A stretch of DNA of 47,690 nucleotides from an uncultured Tepidisphaeraceae bacterium (GCA_964398315.1 CAYNMV010000029.1:1-47690); one strand, 5' to 3'; shown: positions 27,342-37,537, counted from the stretch's first letter. Numbers and translations are program-made. The notes: a model not told the origin generated them from the letters alone.

Positions 27342-28202
27342 CTAGCTCAATGCGACAAACTTGGTGATGCGATCCACCACCGTATCCATCTCATATTCCC
27401 GGTCGAGTTGCAGCGGGACGAACACGCCCTGGTTGTGATCAGAGGCGACAATCAGGTGGCGGCGGCCGTTGACGGCATACCCCATGTCCTGCGGCTGATG
27501 GCCGGTTATCAGCAGCTTGGCATCGACGTTGGCGGCAAAGATTTCCGTGCCCTGGGGCGTAATCCCCCGGCCCCAGATCAGTTGATACACCGGACCGGTC
27601 CGGCGCTGATAATCAGCCCCGGTGAGGGGGCGATTGAAGACCGTGTAGTCAAACATGTCCACCTGCGCTTCGCTTGGCAGGCTGTGGCTGAAGAACAGCC
27701 CGTTGGGCGCCCGGATCGCCAGCGGCAACGACAGCAGGAACTCGCTGATAGCCGCCGACACCAGCTCTGCCTGCGACCCGAAATCGCGGACCACGGCGGC
27801 GGTAAAGGCCTCGCAGACGCTCTGGCCGGCCTTCATGATCCCTTCGCCGTAGATCTGGGCCAGGTCGTGGTTGGCCAGCAGGAAGTGTACCTGCTCGGGA
27901 TAGTCGGCCTTCAGCTCCGCGGCCTGCACGAGCATCCGCCACGAGTCCTCGGCTCCGTTGGTGTCGTAGTGGTCGCCGTGAATCAGCTCATGGAGCACGA
28001 GATGGCGCTGCGGATTATTCGGCAGGTCGGCCGCGCGGATCAGCTTGTCAAAATTGCGGCGGTGATCGTGCAGATCGCCGGTCATCCAGACCTCACCCTC
28101 GCCCGGCAGGTGCACCACCTGCATGACGCGCATGGATGAAATCTGGTTTTCCTCCGCCGCCATCTGGAGGGTTTCAATGATTTGCGTTGCATCAGCTTTC
28201 AT
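27342..28202 (-). CDS. Metallophosphoesterase (calcineurin-like / PPP-type phosphatase fold)
   Basis: MTGDLHDH (GDxHG-like), HELIHGDHYD (GDxxDRG-like) and LLANHDL (GNHE-like) metal-binding blocks. Confidence 0.6.
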   Translation of the reverse strand: MKADATQIIETLQMAAEENQISSMRVMQVVHLPGEGEVWMTGDLHDHRRNFDKLIRAADLPNNPQRHLVLHELIHGDHYDTNGAEDSWRMLVQAAELKADYPEQVHFLLANHDLAQIYGEGIMKAGQSVCEAFTAAVVRDFGSQAELVSAAISEFLLSLPLAIRAPNGLFFSHSLPSEAQVDMFDYTVFNRPLTGADYQRRTGPVYQLIWGRGITPQGTEIFAANVDAKLLITGHQPQDMGYAVNGRRHLIVASDHNQGVFVPLQLDREYEMDTVVDRITKFVALS

Positions 28203-28350
28203 AGGTACAAACGCGCAATTCTAGGGGGACAGGGGCATGAATGCCATATCTTTGCCGGCCCGCAACGGCATCATCGGGCGCCGCCGACTATCTTTCAAAA
28301 CTGCTGAGGGGATTAGATCGCTTCCCGGCCATCCCCTATACTCGCTGGCG

Positions 28351-29574
28351 ATGTCCCAGATGCTGCCGAAGGTCGTTGATCCTGCCCTTTTGCCCATTCG
28401 CGACAAGGTTCTGCAAGGCGAGCCGCTGAGCCTCGCCGACGGGCTGAGCCTGTTCGCCTCGCGCGATATCCACGGCATCGGGCGGCTGGCCAACCACGTG
28501 CGCACCCGCCTGCATGGCAACAAGGTCTACTACAACCGCAACCGCCATATCAACTACACCAACGTCTGCGCCCTGTCATGCAAGTTCTGCAGCTTCTACC
28601 GCAAGCGCGGGGAGGAAGGCGCCTATGAGATGCCGGTGGAGCAGGTGGTGCATGTGGCCCGCAAGGCGGCCGACAGCGGCGCCACTGAGGTCCACATCGT
28701 CGGCGGGCTGCATCCCTGGCGCAAGTTTGACTACTACCTGGACATGCTCCGCGGCATCCGCCAGGAATGCCCCGAACTGCATATCAAGGCCTTCACCGCC
28801 ATCGAGATCGTCCATTTCACCCGCATCGCCCGCATGAGCATTGCTGAAGTGCTTACCGCACTGCGCGAGGCGGGCCTTGGCTCGCTGCCCGGCGGCGGGG
28901 CCGAGATTTTCGATGAGCGCGTGCATGCCGAGGTGTTCAAGGGGAAGGTCGGGGCCAACAAGTGGTTTGAGGTCCACCGCACCGCCCATTCGCTGGGCAT
29001 CCCCTCCAACGCAACGATGCTCTACGGCCACGTTGAGACGGTCGAGGAGCGCGTGAAGCATTTGATTGCACTGCGCGAATTGCAGGCCGAGAGCCTGGCC
29101 GCGGCAAGCAGCGGGCAGCCGGCAGCCGCAGATGGCTCATCGCCCATTGCCCCTGCCCGGGCCGCCTTCAACTGCCTGATCCCGCTCTCATTCATCCCCG
29201 AGGGCTCGGAACTGGGGTACCTGCCGGGCAATACCGGGCTGAGCGACCTGAAGACGCTGGCCATTGCCCGCCTGATGATCCCCAACATCGCCCACATCAA
29301 GGCGTTCTGGATCATGCAGGGCATCCACCTGGCCCAGCTTGCCCTCGACTGGGGTTGCGATGACCTGGACGGCACCGTCGTCTGGTACGACATCACCAAG
29401 CGCGAGGGCCACGGCAGCACCCACCAGGAACTGCACCTGTCGGACATCCAGCGCATCGCCCGCGAGGCGGGCAAGGTGCCGGTTGAGCGGGATACCCTCT
29501 ACAACGAAGTCCGGCGTGATCCGATCACCGATCGGCCCCTGCCCAGTGCCGCGCCGGTGGGAGCCGGTCGTTGA
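28351..29574 (+). CDS. Futalosine-pathway radical SAM enzyme (MqnE aminofutalosine synthase / MqnC family) for menaquinone biosynthesis
   Basis: YTNVCALSCKFCSFYRK CxxxCxxC cluster motif, and VHIVGGLHP, characteristic of the CofH/MqnC/MqnE group. It contains a short Ala/Ser-rich insertion. Start at ATG 28351 (the track starts at 28237). Confidence 0.7.
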   Translation: MSQMLPKVVDPALLPIRDKVLQGEPLSLADGLSLFASRDIHGIGRLANHVRTRLHGNKVYYNRNRHINYTNVCALSCKFCSFYRKRGEEGAYEMPVEQVVHVARKAADSGATEVHIVGGLHPWRKFDYYLDMLRGIRQECPELHIKAFTAIEIVHFTRIARMSIAEVLTALREAGLGSLPGGGAEIFDERVHAEVFKGKVGANKWFEVHRTAHSLGIPSNATMLYGHVETVEERVKHLIALRELQAESLAAASSGQPAAADGSSPIAPARAAFNCLIPLSFIPEGSELGYLPGNTGLSDLKTLAIARLMIPNIAHIKAFWIMQGIHLAQLALDWGCDDLDGTVVWYDITKREGHGSTHQELHLSDIQRIAREAGKVPVERDTLYNEVRRDPITDRPLPSAAPVGAGR

Positions 29575-29623
29575 GATCGGGCCGCGCGATGCTGCTGTGC
29601 TGGCCATTAACGATCCGCATCGC

Positions 29624-31444
29624 CTACTCCAGCGTGTACCAGTAAACCTCCACCCGGCGGTTTTTCTCGCTCTTGGCAGCGCGAACGTCATCGGAATCGG
29701 ACGGCAGGATCTGCTCGGCCGGCTCTTCCCAGCCGCGGCCAAGAATCTCCACCCGCGCCGCATCCACCTTGTGACGCTCCAGCAACAGGCGCTGCACCTC
29801 GGCGGCGCGCTCGCGGCTGAGTTTCATCGCCTCGATGGCCATTCGGCGCACCATCCCCTCACCCCCCTGCTGGCGGAACTCCTCCATTCTCGCGTTATCC
29901 ACATGCCCCCGCAGCAGCACCTTCGATCCCGGCGACACCTGCAACAGCTTCTGGATATCCTCCAGCTTCTCGAGGTTCTCCGCCTGCTGCAGATCGAGCT
30001 GCGCGCTGTTGGCGACGAAATGGAAGCGGATGTCCTTGCTCAGCAGCGGATCGGCCTCCAGCGGCTGGTTGGCGCCGCCGGATCGCACCGGGGCGATGGC
30101 CACCTGCTCGTTTTGGTATGCCCCGGTCTGTGCGATCGCCTCCAGGGCGGCCGGCTGGTAGAAGTGGCGGCTGTCCACCGGATTGCGCACCAGGTCGCCA
30201 TAGGCCAGAATGGCTGCGCTGTAGATGCCGTCAAAGCTGCCGGCCGCATCGATCGCCCCGCTGAAAAAGGCCTGGTTCTCCGGCAGATTGGACAGGTGAA
30301 CCCGGCTCAGTTCGTCCCTGGCTTTCTCGCGCGTCCACCGGCCCGGATCATCGGCCTCATAGACCGTGTTGAATGCCGCCACGATCGTATCGAGATGCTG
30401 ATCGGGCCCGGCCCGCACCATGCGGTTGCCTTCCAGCAGGCCATGCACCAGCCCGCGCACCATCTCGGGATGCTGCTCGGCAAAGCCACGATTGACGATC
30501 AGGATATCGGCGACAATCAGCAGGTTGCGGTTGGTGGTCAGGATCCTGGCCTTGCCGTCAGATCCCTCCGCCACCTCGGTTGTCTTGGGCGCCCAGGTCA
30601 CGCATCCGGCCAGGCGCGTATCGCCGGCCGCCAGGGCGCTGGCAAACGTGTCGCCGGCAACAAACGCATCCTCGCAGAACAGCAGGTTGATGCGCTCGGG
30701 ATCGGGTCGGTCATCGGCATCAGCCAGCACATTCACCCCGATGCCCGCCTCCTGCGCCAGGTAGCGGATGAAAAACTCCGCCTCGGTAAACTGGCTGGCC
30801 GTCAGGATTTGCCCCTTGAGCTGGTTGATGCGGTTGATGTTGCTGCGCACGACGATGCCATCCGCTCCGCGCGAGAAGGCGATCTGGGCCGGCACGACCA
30901 CGTTGAACTGCCGGCCAAAAACCGCCAGCACATCCACGGTCGTCGCCGACGCCGCCAGCTTGCCGCTGTTCAGCTTGTCCCAGCTCTCCTCCTCGCTGAG
31001 AGTCAGGCGCACTTTGAAGCCGTAGTTTCTGGCGAAGAAGGAATTGTCATTCGGCTCCAGTCCGCCGTTGGCGACGATCAGCCCCGCGTAGCCGGGATAT
31101 TCGCTCAGCTCCACCTCGATGATCTTGTCCTCTCCCACCGGGAACGGCTGCGGCGGCGCCAGTTGCGGCACGGCGGTTTTGGCGGGTATCACGCCTTCCA
31201 GTTCGATCCGCGCACCGGTGCGCTGCGCCCCGGCGGCCTGCCCGCCGCCGGCGCCATCCGGCGCCTGGGCCACATCACTACCACTGGGCGCCTGGGCTTC
31301 CTGGCGTGCGGGCGGTGCGGCCTGGTCGCCATCGCGCACCATGAGCCACACACCCAGCCCGAGCAGCGCAACGATCATCAGGAACGAGAGAATCTTCCCC
31401 ACCGGTGTCAGTCCCGCGCTGTTCGCATCTCGCATCACATGCAC
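29624..31444 (-). CDS. Membrane-anchored fusion of an NMT1/SsuA-like periplasmic substrate-binding domain to a C-terminal OmpA/MotB peptidoglycan-binding domain
   Basis: N-terminal TM (ILSFLMIVALLGLGVWLMV). Central region matches ABC nitrate/sulfonate/taurine-type binding proteins (EVELSEYPGYAGLIVANGGLEPND...FKVRLTLSEE). C-terminal OmpA_C hallmarks are present (LLRGHVD...SRERAAEV...NRRVEV). Confidence 0.65.
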   Translation of the reverse strand: MHVMRDANSAGLTPVGKILSFLMIVALLGLGVWLMVRDGDQAAPPARQEAQAPSGSDVAQAPDGAGGGQAAGAQRTGARIELEGVIPAKTAVPQLAPPQPFPVGEDKIIEVELSEYPGYAGLIVANGGLEPNDNSFFARNYGFKVRLTLSEEESWDKLNSGKLAASATTVDVLAVFGRQFNVVVPAQIAFSRGADGIVVRSNINRINQLKGQILTASQFTEAEFFIRYLAQEAGIGVNVLADADDRPDPERINLLFCEDAFVAGDTFASALAAGDTRLAGCVTWAPKTTEVAEGSDGKARILTTNRNLLIVADILIVNRGFAEQHPEMVRGLVHGLLEGNRMVRAGPDQHLDTIVAAFNTVYEADDPGRWTREKARDELSRVHLSNLPENQAFFSGAIDAAGSFDGIYSAAILAYGDLVRNPVDSRHFYQPAALEAIAQTGAYQNEQVAIAPVRSGGANQPLEADPLLSKDIRFHFVANSAQLDLQQAENLEKLEDIQKLLQVSPGSKVLLRGHVDNARMEEFRQQGGEGMVRRMAIEAMKLSRERAAEVQRLLLERHKVDAARVEILGRGWEEPAEQILPSDSDDVRAAKSEKNRRVEVYWYTLE

Positions 31445-31657
31445 CTCCCGAGGATTGACAGGAGCATCACGGCTGGATCGGAGCCATCAACGCGACCGGC
31501 CGATCCACCGCCCCATTGCCGGCAGTGTACCGCAGGGGGCAGGCATATTCACACCGCCGATATGCCGTGAATGTCCCGCGCAGACAGGGCGCAATCCACC
31601 ACGCGCACGCGCTGGTCTGCGTAACAGGGAATACAACCTGACCGGGGGTGATTGGCC

Positions 31658-32599
31658 TTATCGACTCGCAGCGTGCGATAGACATGCAGCGCGCGGCCGC
31701 CGGCGGGCCGCGGCAAACAGTGCGGCCAGCGCCAGCACGCCCGCACTGGCGGGTTCGGGAGCCTGGTAGACCCGAACATAATCCACCAGCATGTTGGTGG
31801 TGCTGGTGTCGCGATCGCCGTAGCCGCCAAGCGGGATATCGCCGGCCCAGCCACCATCTTCAACCAGCGTGCTGAGAGAGATGTACTGCTCGGTTTGCGA
31901 GATGGGGGTTGTGCGGTGCCAGATTTCCTGCCCGTCGAAATAGAACGTGTAGCTGTCGGGGGTCCAGAGCAGGGCATAGGTATTCCAGGTGCCGTTGCTC
32001 AACCCCGCCAGCGGCCCGTGCGAATCGCCGATGCTCTTGTGATGCTGCCCATAGCCATCCCAGTGGATGGCGGTGTAAACATCGCTGCGGCGGTCCCGGC
32101 CCTGGCCATCCACAGCGCGGTGCTCGACGATATCGATCTCGGTCCCGGAGACGGCCGGGTTGCCGATCTCCTTGGTGATGGTCGGTGACATCAGCCAGAA
32201 GGCCGAGTACGCGCCCGGCGAGGTATTGAACTGGATTCTCGCCTCGAAGTAGCCGTACTTGAACAACTGAGTCTGCTTGGTGGCCAGCACGGCCACGTGG
32301 TGATCGTAGTCCGTGCCTTCCAGCGCGGTGAAGGTGGTGATCTTCAGCATCCCGCCGCCCACGCTCACGGCTTCCATTGTGTTGTAGGAATCGCCCCAGT
32401 CGCCGGGCTCGTTGATATGCCACTTGCTCTGGTCCAGCGCTGAGCCATCAAACTCATCCTGCCAGACCAGGTGATAGCCCTGCGGCGCCGCATGCACCGG
32501 CAAGGCAAACAGGCCACCCACCGCAAACAGGCCACCCACCGCCGCGCTCATGCATTTCTTCCATCCCATGCGACGGAATGGTAGCCGTCGCTTGCTCAT
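31658..32599 (-). CDS. Glycoside hydrolase family 16 (laminarinase / beta-glucanase-like) with a signal peptide and a C-terminal PEP-CTERM sorting signal
   Basis: GH16 catalytic motif ExDxxE in GTEIDIVEH. The C-terminus PEPASAGVLALAALFAAARRRPR has the PEP-TM-Arg cluster organisation of PEP-CTERM. The start is ambiguous (M9, M19 or M25 of the track ORF). Confidence 0.75.
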   Translation of the reverse strand: MSKRRLPFRRMGWKKCMSAAVGGLFAVGGLFALPVHAAPQGYHLVWQDEFDGSALDQSKWHINEPGDWGDSYNTMEAVSVGGGMLKITTFTALEGTDYDHHVAVLATKQTQLFKYGYFEARIQFNTSPGAYSAFWLMSPTITKEIGNPAVSGTEIDIVEHRAVDGQGRDRRSDVYTAIHWDGYGQHHKSIGDSHGPLAGLSNGTWNTYALLWTPDSYTFYFDGQEIWHRTTPISQTEQYISLSTLVEDGGWAGDIPLGGYGDRDTSTTNMLVDYVRVYQAPEPASAGVLALAALFAAARRRPRAACLSHAASR

Positions 32600-32711
32600 C
32601 CGCAAGACAAATCTTGCATCCAAACGGGCGTTAGAAGCAGGCTGAGGTGGCAGCCTCGCCAGCGCTATTAGGGATTACCCCCGTTCGCGGGTACGATCAC
32701 GGCAACCAATC

Positions 32712-35210
32712 ATGGGGGATCTGGACGAACTGGCCATTCTCGTCGATCAGCAGCGTGCCGAAGGCGGCGGCGCGCAGGGGCTGTGTGCCGGCTGCGGCTA
32801 TCGGCTGAGGGGTCTGCCCGATGCCACCTGCCCCGAGTGCGGCCGGCCATTTGATCCCCACAACCCCGCCACGATGAACCTGAGCGGCCGGCCCTATGGC
32901 CCGCTCGCCCGCGTTCTTTTTGCCCCACCGGCGCGGGTGCTGGCCATTGCCGCCGTATGCATTTTCCTCTGGCATGGGTGGCTGGCCCACCTGCCCTCGC
33001 GGCCCAGACCAGCCCACCTGTTCCACGTCCATGTGGCCTGGACGATCCTGCTGATTACGGTTGGGCTGCTTATGCTGCTGCGCCATCGCGCGATCAAGCG
33101 CCTGCGCCCGCCGGCGGACCTGCGCGGCTCGATCCGCTCCCTCTGGCTCGTGCCTGTGCTGTTCATCCTGATGATGAGCCTGGCCGGCACCTCACTCCCC
33201 TTCCGTGCGGTCTTCTGGATCAGCCGGCCATTCCTCGATCGCTTCGTCGCCGAGATCACCAGCCAGCCGCTGCGAATGGACTATGCCGACCGCTCCATCG
33301 GCCTCTTCTCCGCGACGAGCATCCATGCAACCTTCGACGAGGTTGCGTTCTGGTTCACGCCCACTGGCACGGGCCTGGTGTATGCCCGTCGGCCGGCCGG
33401 CGAGCAGGATCCGCCCGGGCTGTGGCGCACAGCGGTCATCCCGCTGGGCGGCGGCTGGCGCATGGTGAGGAACAGCCAAACCACCAGGATCGCCGCACAG
33501 TACCGCGCCCTGGAGCAGTTGGCCGATGATCCGGCACTGGCCCGCCAGCAGATACTGTTGCTGGCCGATACCCTGCGGCTGCCGAAGCTGGCATATCCCC
33601 ATCCGCAGGAGGCCGGCCTGTACGACACCCCGCCGCGGCCAGCATGGCACGGCACACCGGAGATCGTGGCGCACCAAAGGCCGCCTCAGCCCGGGATATT
33701 TCCCGGACTGTTACGGCCCGATCTCCGCGCGGTCATTCAGTTGGGCAAGGATGCCGAGCCGCTGCTGCGCCAGTTGATGAACGACCCGCTGGCCTCAGCG
33801 CGACTCAACGGCGTGATTGCGGCAATGGAGATCGGCCCGGAGGCGATCGGACTGCTGCCGGACCTGGTGATGCGGCTGAGCGATGCCGATGGCAGTGTCC
33901 GCGCGTTTGCCGCCGCAGCGCTGGGCGCATTGGGTCCATCGACCCACCCGGCCACGCCCGCCCTGCTGACGGCCCTGCGCGACAGTGATGCCGATGTGCG
34001 TTACAACGCCGCAGTTGCGCTGCGGCGGATCGCGCCGCGCTGGGAAGACTATCCGCGTCTCTTTCCTGAAGTGCTGGCCGAGCTGATGGACGATCCGCGT
34101 ACGCGCCCCTCTGCGTTCGCTACCGGCATCCTGGCCCAGCGGGCAACCCTGGCGCACAACGATCCCACCCTGACCCGCATTACCAACGAAGGAACGCGCT
34201 GGCAGTTGGGGCAACTGCTGGCGCAAGGCCACCTGCCGCCACCACGACCGCCGGGGGATCATACCGCCAGAAGTGCCCGCCGCGATGATCCGCCCGCCAG
34301 GCGCCCCGGGGAGATCGAGCGGCAGGTGCAGGAGGCGATCGACATCATCGAAACCCACGCCGGCCGGCAACCCCTTCAACCGGCTGCCGTAGCGCCTGTT
34401 GAGCGCAGCAGGCCGGGTAATTCGAACTGGGACGTTGACCAGGCGCTGCGGACGTTGCGCGCGATTGGTCCCGATGCTGCGCCGGCAATCGAATCGCTGC
34501 TCTGGCTGGCGGAGGTCGATCCGTACTACTTCATGCGTGCGGACATCTATCAGGTTCTGATGCGCATCGGCCCCGCGGCCAGGCCGGCGGTGCCGCTGCT
34601 CCTGCGGGCGATGCGGCATCCGGCCAGGTCAAACCATCCCGCCCAGCCGGCAGCGCAGGTCTACATGATGCTGGCACGCGAGGATCGGGAACTGGCGCGC
34701 GAGTTGATGACGATCTTACCCACGCTCCCAGAGTATCAGCGCACTCAGGTCTTGCAGGAACTGCCCCGGCTTGGTCCGGCGGCGGAGGAAATCATGCCGC
34801 TGCTGCCGACGCTGCTGTTACACAGTCAATCGCAGCGCCAACTTGCCATCGGCATCATTGAACAGATCGGCCCGCCGGCGGCGCCGCTAGTCCCGGAGAT
34901 GGAACAGGCGATGCGGCACAATGGGAGTGTGAGTGGTCATGGCGCAGCGATGGCGCGGGCCCTGGGCGCGATCGGACCGATCCATCCGCGCGTCATTCCG
35001 ATCCTGATGGGCATGCTCGATGACTGGCCACCGGATCAATACGTGGCGGCCGAGGTGCTGGGCAGCTTCGGCCCGGCGGCCATTGAGGCAGTCCCGGTGC
35101 TGGAAAAGCATGCCCGTTTCGATCTGGACTGGCACATGCGGGCGGTTTGCCGCGCAGCGCTGGAGCGAATCCGCGGACCGGCCGAGCAGGCCATAGAGCC
35201 GATGCGTTAA
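32712..35210 (+). CDS. Membrane protein with an N-terminal zinc ribbon, several TM helices and C-terminal HEAT (PBS-lyase-type) repeats
   Basis: CAGCGYRLRGLPDATCPECGRPFD (CxxC...CxxC). Hydrophobic helices at aa ~85-190. Repeated ~31-aa units such as LPDLVMRLSDADGSVRAFAAAALGALGP and LLTALRDSDADVRYNAAVALRRIAP are typical of HEAT_PBS repeats. Confidence 0.6.
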   Translation: MGDLDELAILVDQQRAEGGGAQGLCAGCGYRLRGLPDATCPECGRPFDPHNPATMNLSGRPYGPLARVLFAPPARVLAIAAVCIFLWHGWLAHLPSRPRPAHLFHVHVAWTILLITVGLLMLLRHRAIKRLRPPADLRGSIRSLWLVPVLFILMMSLAGTSLPFRAVFWISRPFLDRFVAEITSQPLRMDYADRSIGLFSATSIHATFDEVAFWFTPTGTGLVYARRPAGEQDPPGLWRTAVIPLGGGWRMVRNSQTTRIAAQYRALEQLADDPALARQQILLLADTLRLPKLAYPHPQEAGLYDTPPRPAWHGTPEIVAHQRPPQPGIFPGLLRPDLRAVIQLGKDAEPLLRQLMNDPLASARLNGVIAAMEIGPEAIGLLPDLVMRLSDADGSVRAFAAAALGALGPSTHPATPALLTALRDSDADVRYNAAVALRRIAPRWEDYPRLFPEVLAELMDDPRTRPSAFATGILAQRATLAHNDPTLTRITNEGTRWQLGQLLAQGHLPPPRPPGDHTARSARRDDPPARRPGEIERQVQEAIDIIETHAGRQPLQPAAVAPVERSRPGNSNWDVDQALRTLRAIGPDAAPAIESLLWLAEVDPYYFMRADIYQVLMRIGPAARPAVPLLLRAMRHPARSNHPAQPAAQVYMMLAREDRELARELMTILPTLPEYQRTQVLQELPRLGPAAEEIMPLLPTLLLHSQSQRQLAIGIIEQIGPPAAPLVPEMEQAMRHNGSVSGHGAAMARALGAIGPIHPRVIPILMGMLDDWPPDQYVAAEVLGSFGPAAIEAVPVLEKHARFDLDWHMRAVCRAALERIRGPAEQAIEPMR

Positions 35211-35624
35211 CCCCCCGCCGCTCCGATTGGAAATAAAGCCAAATCTTCTAACGCATATCGATTTGGGTAGTTGCCAGCATGGCGGTACGATACACGCGAT
35301 CGGCTGGCCGATCCGTGGTTCAGGTCTCACGCCCCATCAACAACAACCCCGGGGGTGCAGATGGCACGAGCGGGCGATAAGCGCGAACGAGGCAGGCAGG
35401 CGCGGAAGCCTCTGTCATCGCCCATGCCGCCCCCACTGCCGCCGCAATCGCTTCCATTGACGGTGGATCAAGCCGCGGGGGTTGAGGATCGGCACGATGC
35501 GCAGCTGCTTCACCTGGCCGAGCAGGTGCGCCATGTTCCATCGCCTGCGCCGGAGCGATTGCCGCGCTTTGAACTGGCCATGCCGTCTCACAATCAACTC
35601 AACCCAACCGAAAGGGGCACCGTT

Positions 35625-37508
35625 ATGTTGCTGGTGATCTTGTTCCTCGTTGGCACGGCGATGGCGTTCGGCGTCTGGTTCGTGCCGAACATGGGCGAGC
35701 TGGCCAAGTGGGTCTTCTGCGGCCTGGGCACCCTTGCTGCGCTGCTGGCGTTCATCGCCTCGCTCATCCTCAAGCTCTATCGCAAGGCGTCGGCCAACAT
35801 GGCGTTTGTCCGCACTGGCATGGGGGGCGTGAAGGTGGTGCGCGATGGCGGCACGTACGTGGTGCCGGTGGTGCACCAGGTGATCCCGGTCAGCCTGGAG
35901 ACCATGCGGCTGAATGTCGAGCGCCGTGGCCCGCACGCCCTGATCACCAAGGACAACCTGCGCGTGGACCTGTCGGCCGAGTTCTACATCAAGGTGCAGG
36001 CCAACACCGATGATATCCTGCAGGCCGCACGCTCGCTGGGCGGGCGCAACGTCCAGCCGCAGGCGGTGTCGGAGCTGGTGCAGGAGAAGCTGGTCAGCGC
36101 CCTGCGTACGGTGGCGGCCACCAAGGACCTGGTTGAGCTGCACTCCAAGCGCGATGAGTTTGCCAGCAGCGTGCAGCAGATCGTCACCCATGACCTGGCC
36201 AGCAACGGCCTGACGCTGGAATCGGTGACGATCTCCGCCCTGGACCAGACCGATCCCAGCCAGCTCCAGGAGCGCAACGTCTTCGACGCCCAGGGGCTGC
36301 GCAAGATCGCCGAGATCACCCAGCGGGCGAAGGTGGAGCGCAACGAGATCGAGCAGGAAAGCCAGCAGCAGATCGTGCAGAAGAATGTCAGCACGCGCAA
36401 GAAAGTGCTGGACATGGAGCGCGATCAGGCCGAGTTCGAGGCCGAGCAGCGCACCAAGGTTGCCAACGTGCGGGCAGCGCGCGAGCGCGAGGTGGCGGAG
36501 TTCAAGATCCAGCAGGATGAGGCAATCGCCAAGCGCGAGATCGAGAAGCAGAAGCTGGTCGAGATGACGGAGGTGGAGCGTGCATTGGCGGTGGAACAGG
36601 CCAACATCGCCAAGCAGGTGGCCCTGATCGAGAAGCTCAAGGAGCAGGAGACGGAAAACATCCTGAAAAAGCAGGCAGTGGAGGTGGCCGAGCGGGGGCG
36701 CGAGGTGGCGATCGCCGAGAAGGAGCGCGAGCGTGCCGCCGCCCAGGCCGAGGTGCTGGCCGCCGAGGCCGAGCGCGAGAAGGCCAAGCAGTCGGTCGTC
36801 ACCGTGCAGGTGACCAGCGAAGCCGAGCGCGAAGCCCAGAAGAAGCTGATCGCTGCACGGCAGTCGATTGAGGAAAACAAGATCCGCCAGCAGACGGCGG
36901 CGGATGTGCAGGCGTACACCATCGTGAAGGACGCCGAAGGCGAGCGCAAGGCCGCCGACCTGCAATACGAGGCCAAGCTGCGGCTGGCCGAGGCCGAGGC
37001 CCAGGCCGCGGCCCGCCAGGCCGAAGGCGAACGCGCGGTGAAGATGGTCGATGTGACCGTGGAGCGCGAGCGGGTGAACGTGGAGCAGGCCCGGGTCGAG
37101 GTGGAACGTCAGAATCTTGCCAACAAGAGCGAGTTCGAAACCGCCGCCCTCAAGTTCGAGCTGGAGAAGCTGCGGATCGAGGCCGAGAAGGAGTTCCGCA
37201 TCGCCGCCGCCACCGCGATGGCGAACATGTACGCCAAGGCCGAGATGAAGATCTTCGGCGACCCGAGCACAATGGCACGGATGAGCGAGCAGTTCATGCG
37301 GGCGGCCTCGCTGGGCACCGCGGCCGAGGGGCTGTTGCATACCCTTCCGCCCGAGGCACAGCAAAAACTTGAAAGCCTGCTGAGCAGCGTCGCCTCGCAG
37401 TTTGCCGCCCCCGGAAGCCCCGGCCTGGGCACCCCCGCCCCGGTCGAACCGGCCAGCGCTGATGGCGACGGCATATCCGCCGATCCCGAGGCAGGGATGC
37501 AGCGCTGA
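35625..37508 (+). CDS. Flotillin-like SPFH/band-7 domain protein (YqiK/FloA-type) with a long Glu/Ala-rich coiled-coil
   Basis: N-terminal TM, SPFH core (VRTGMGGVKVVRDGGTYVVPVVHQVIPVSLETMRLNVERRGPHALITKDNLRVDLSAEFYIKV) and an extended EAEREKAKQ-type repeat region. An AAAGGGG RBS lies 8 nt upstream of ATG 35625 (the track ORF begins at 35271). Confidence 0.8.
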   Translation: MLLVILFLVGTAMAFGVWFVPNMGELAKWVFCGLGTLAALLAFIASLILKLYRKASANMAFVRTGMGGVKVVRDGGTYVVPVVHQVIPVSLETMRLNVERRGPHALITKDNLRVDLSAEFYIKVQANTDDILQAARSLGGRNVQPQAVSELVQEKLVSALRTVAATKDLVELHSKRDEFASSVQQIVTHDLASNGLTLESVTISALDQTDPSQLQERNVFDAQGLRKIAEITQRAKVERNEIEQESQQQIVQKNVSTRKKVLDMERDQAEFEAEQRTKVANVRAAREREVAEFKIQQDEAIAKREIEKQKLVEMTEVERALAVEQANIAKQVALIEKLKEQETENILKKQAVEVAERGREVAIAEKERERAAAQAEVLAAEAEREKAKQSVVTVQVTSEAEREAQKKLIAARQSIEENKIRQQTAADVQAYTIVKDAEGERKAADLQYEAKLRLAEAEAQAAARQAEGERAVKMVDVTVERERVNVEQARVEVERQNLANKSEFETAALKFELEKLRIEAEKEFRIAAATAMANMYAKAEMKIFGDPSTMARMSEQFMRAASLGTAAEGLLHTLPPEAQQKLESLLSSVASQFAAPGSPGLGTPAPVEPASADGDGISADPEAGMQR

Positions 37509-37537
37509 GGTGCCTGCGGGCAGGTTGCCGTGGCCCT

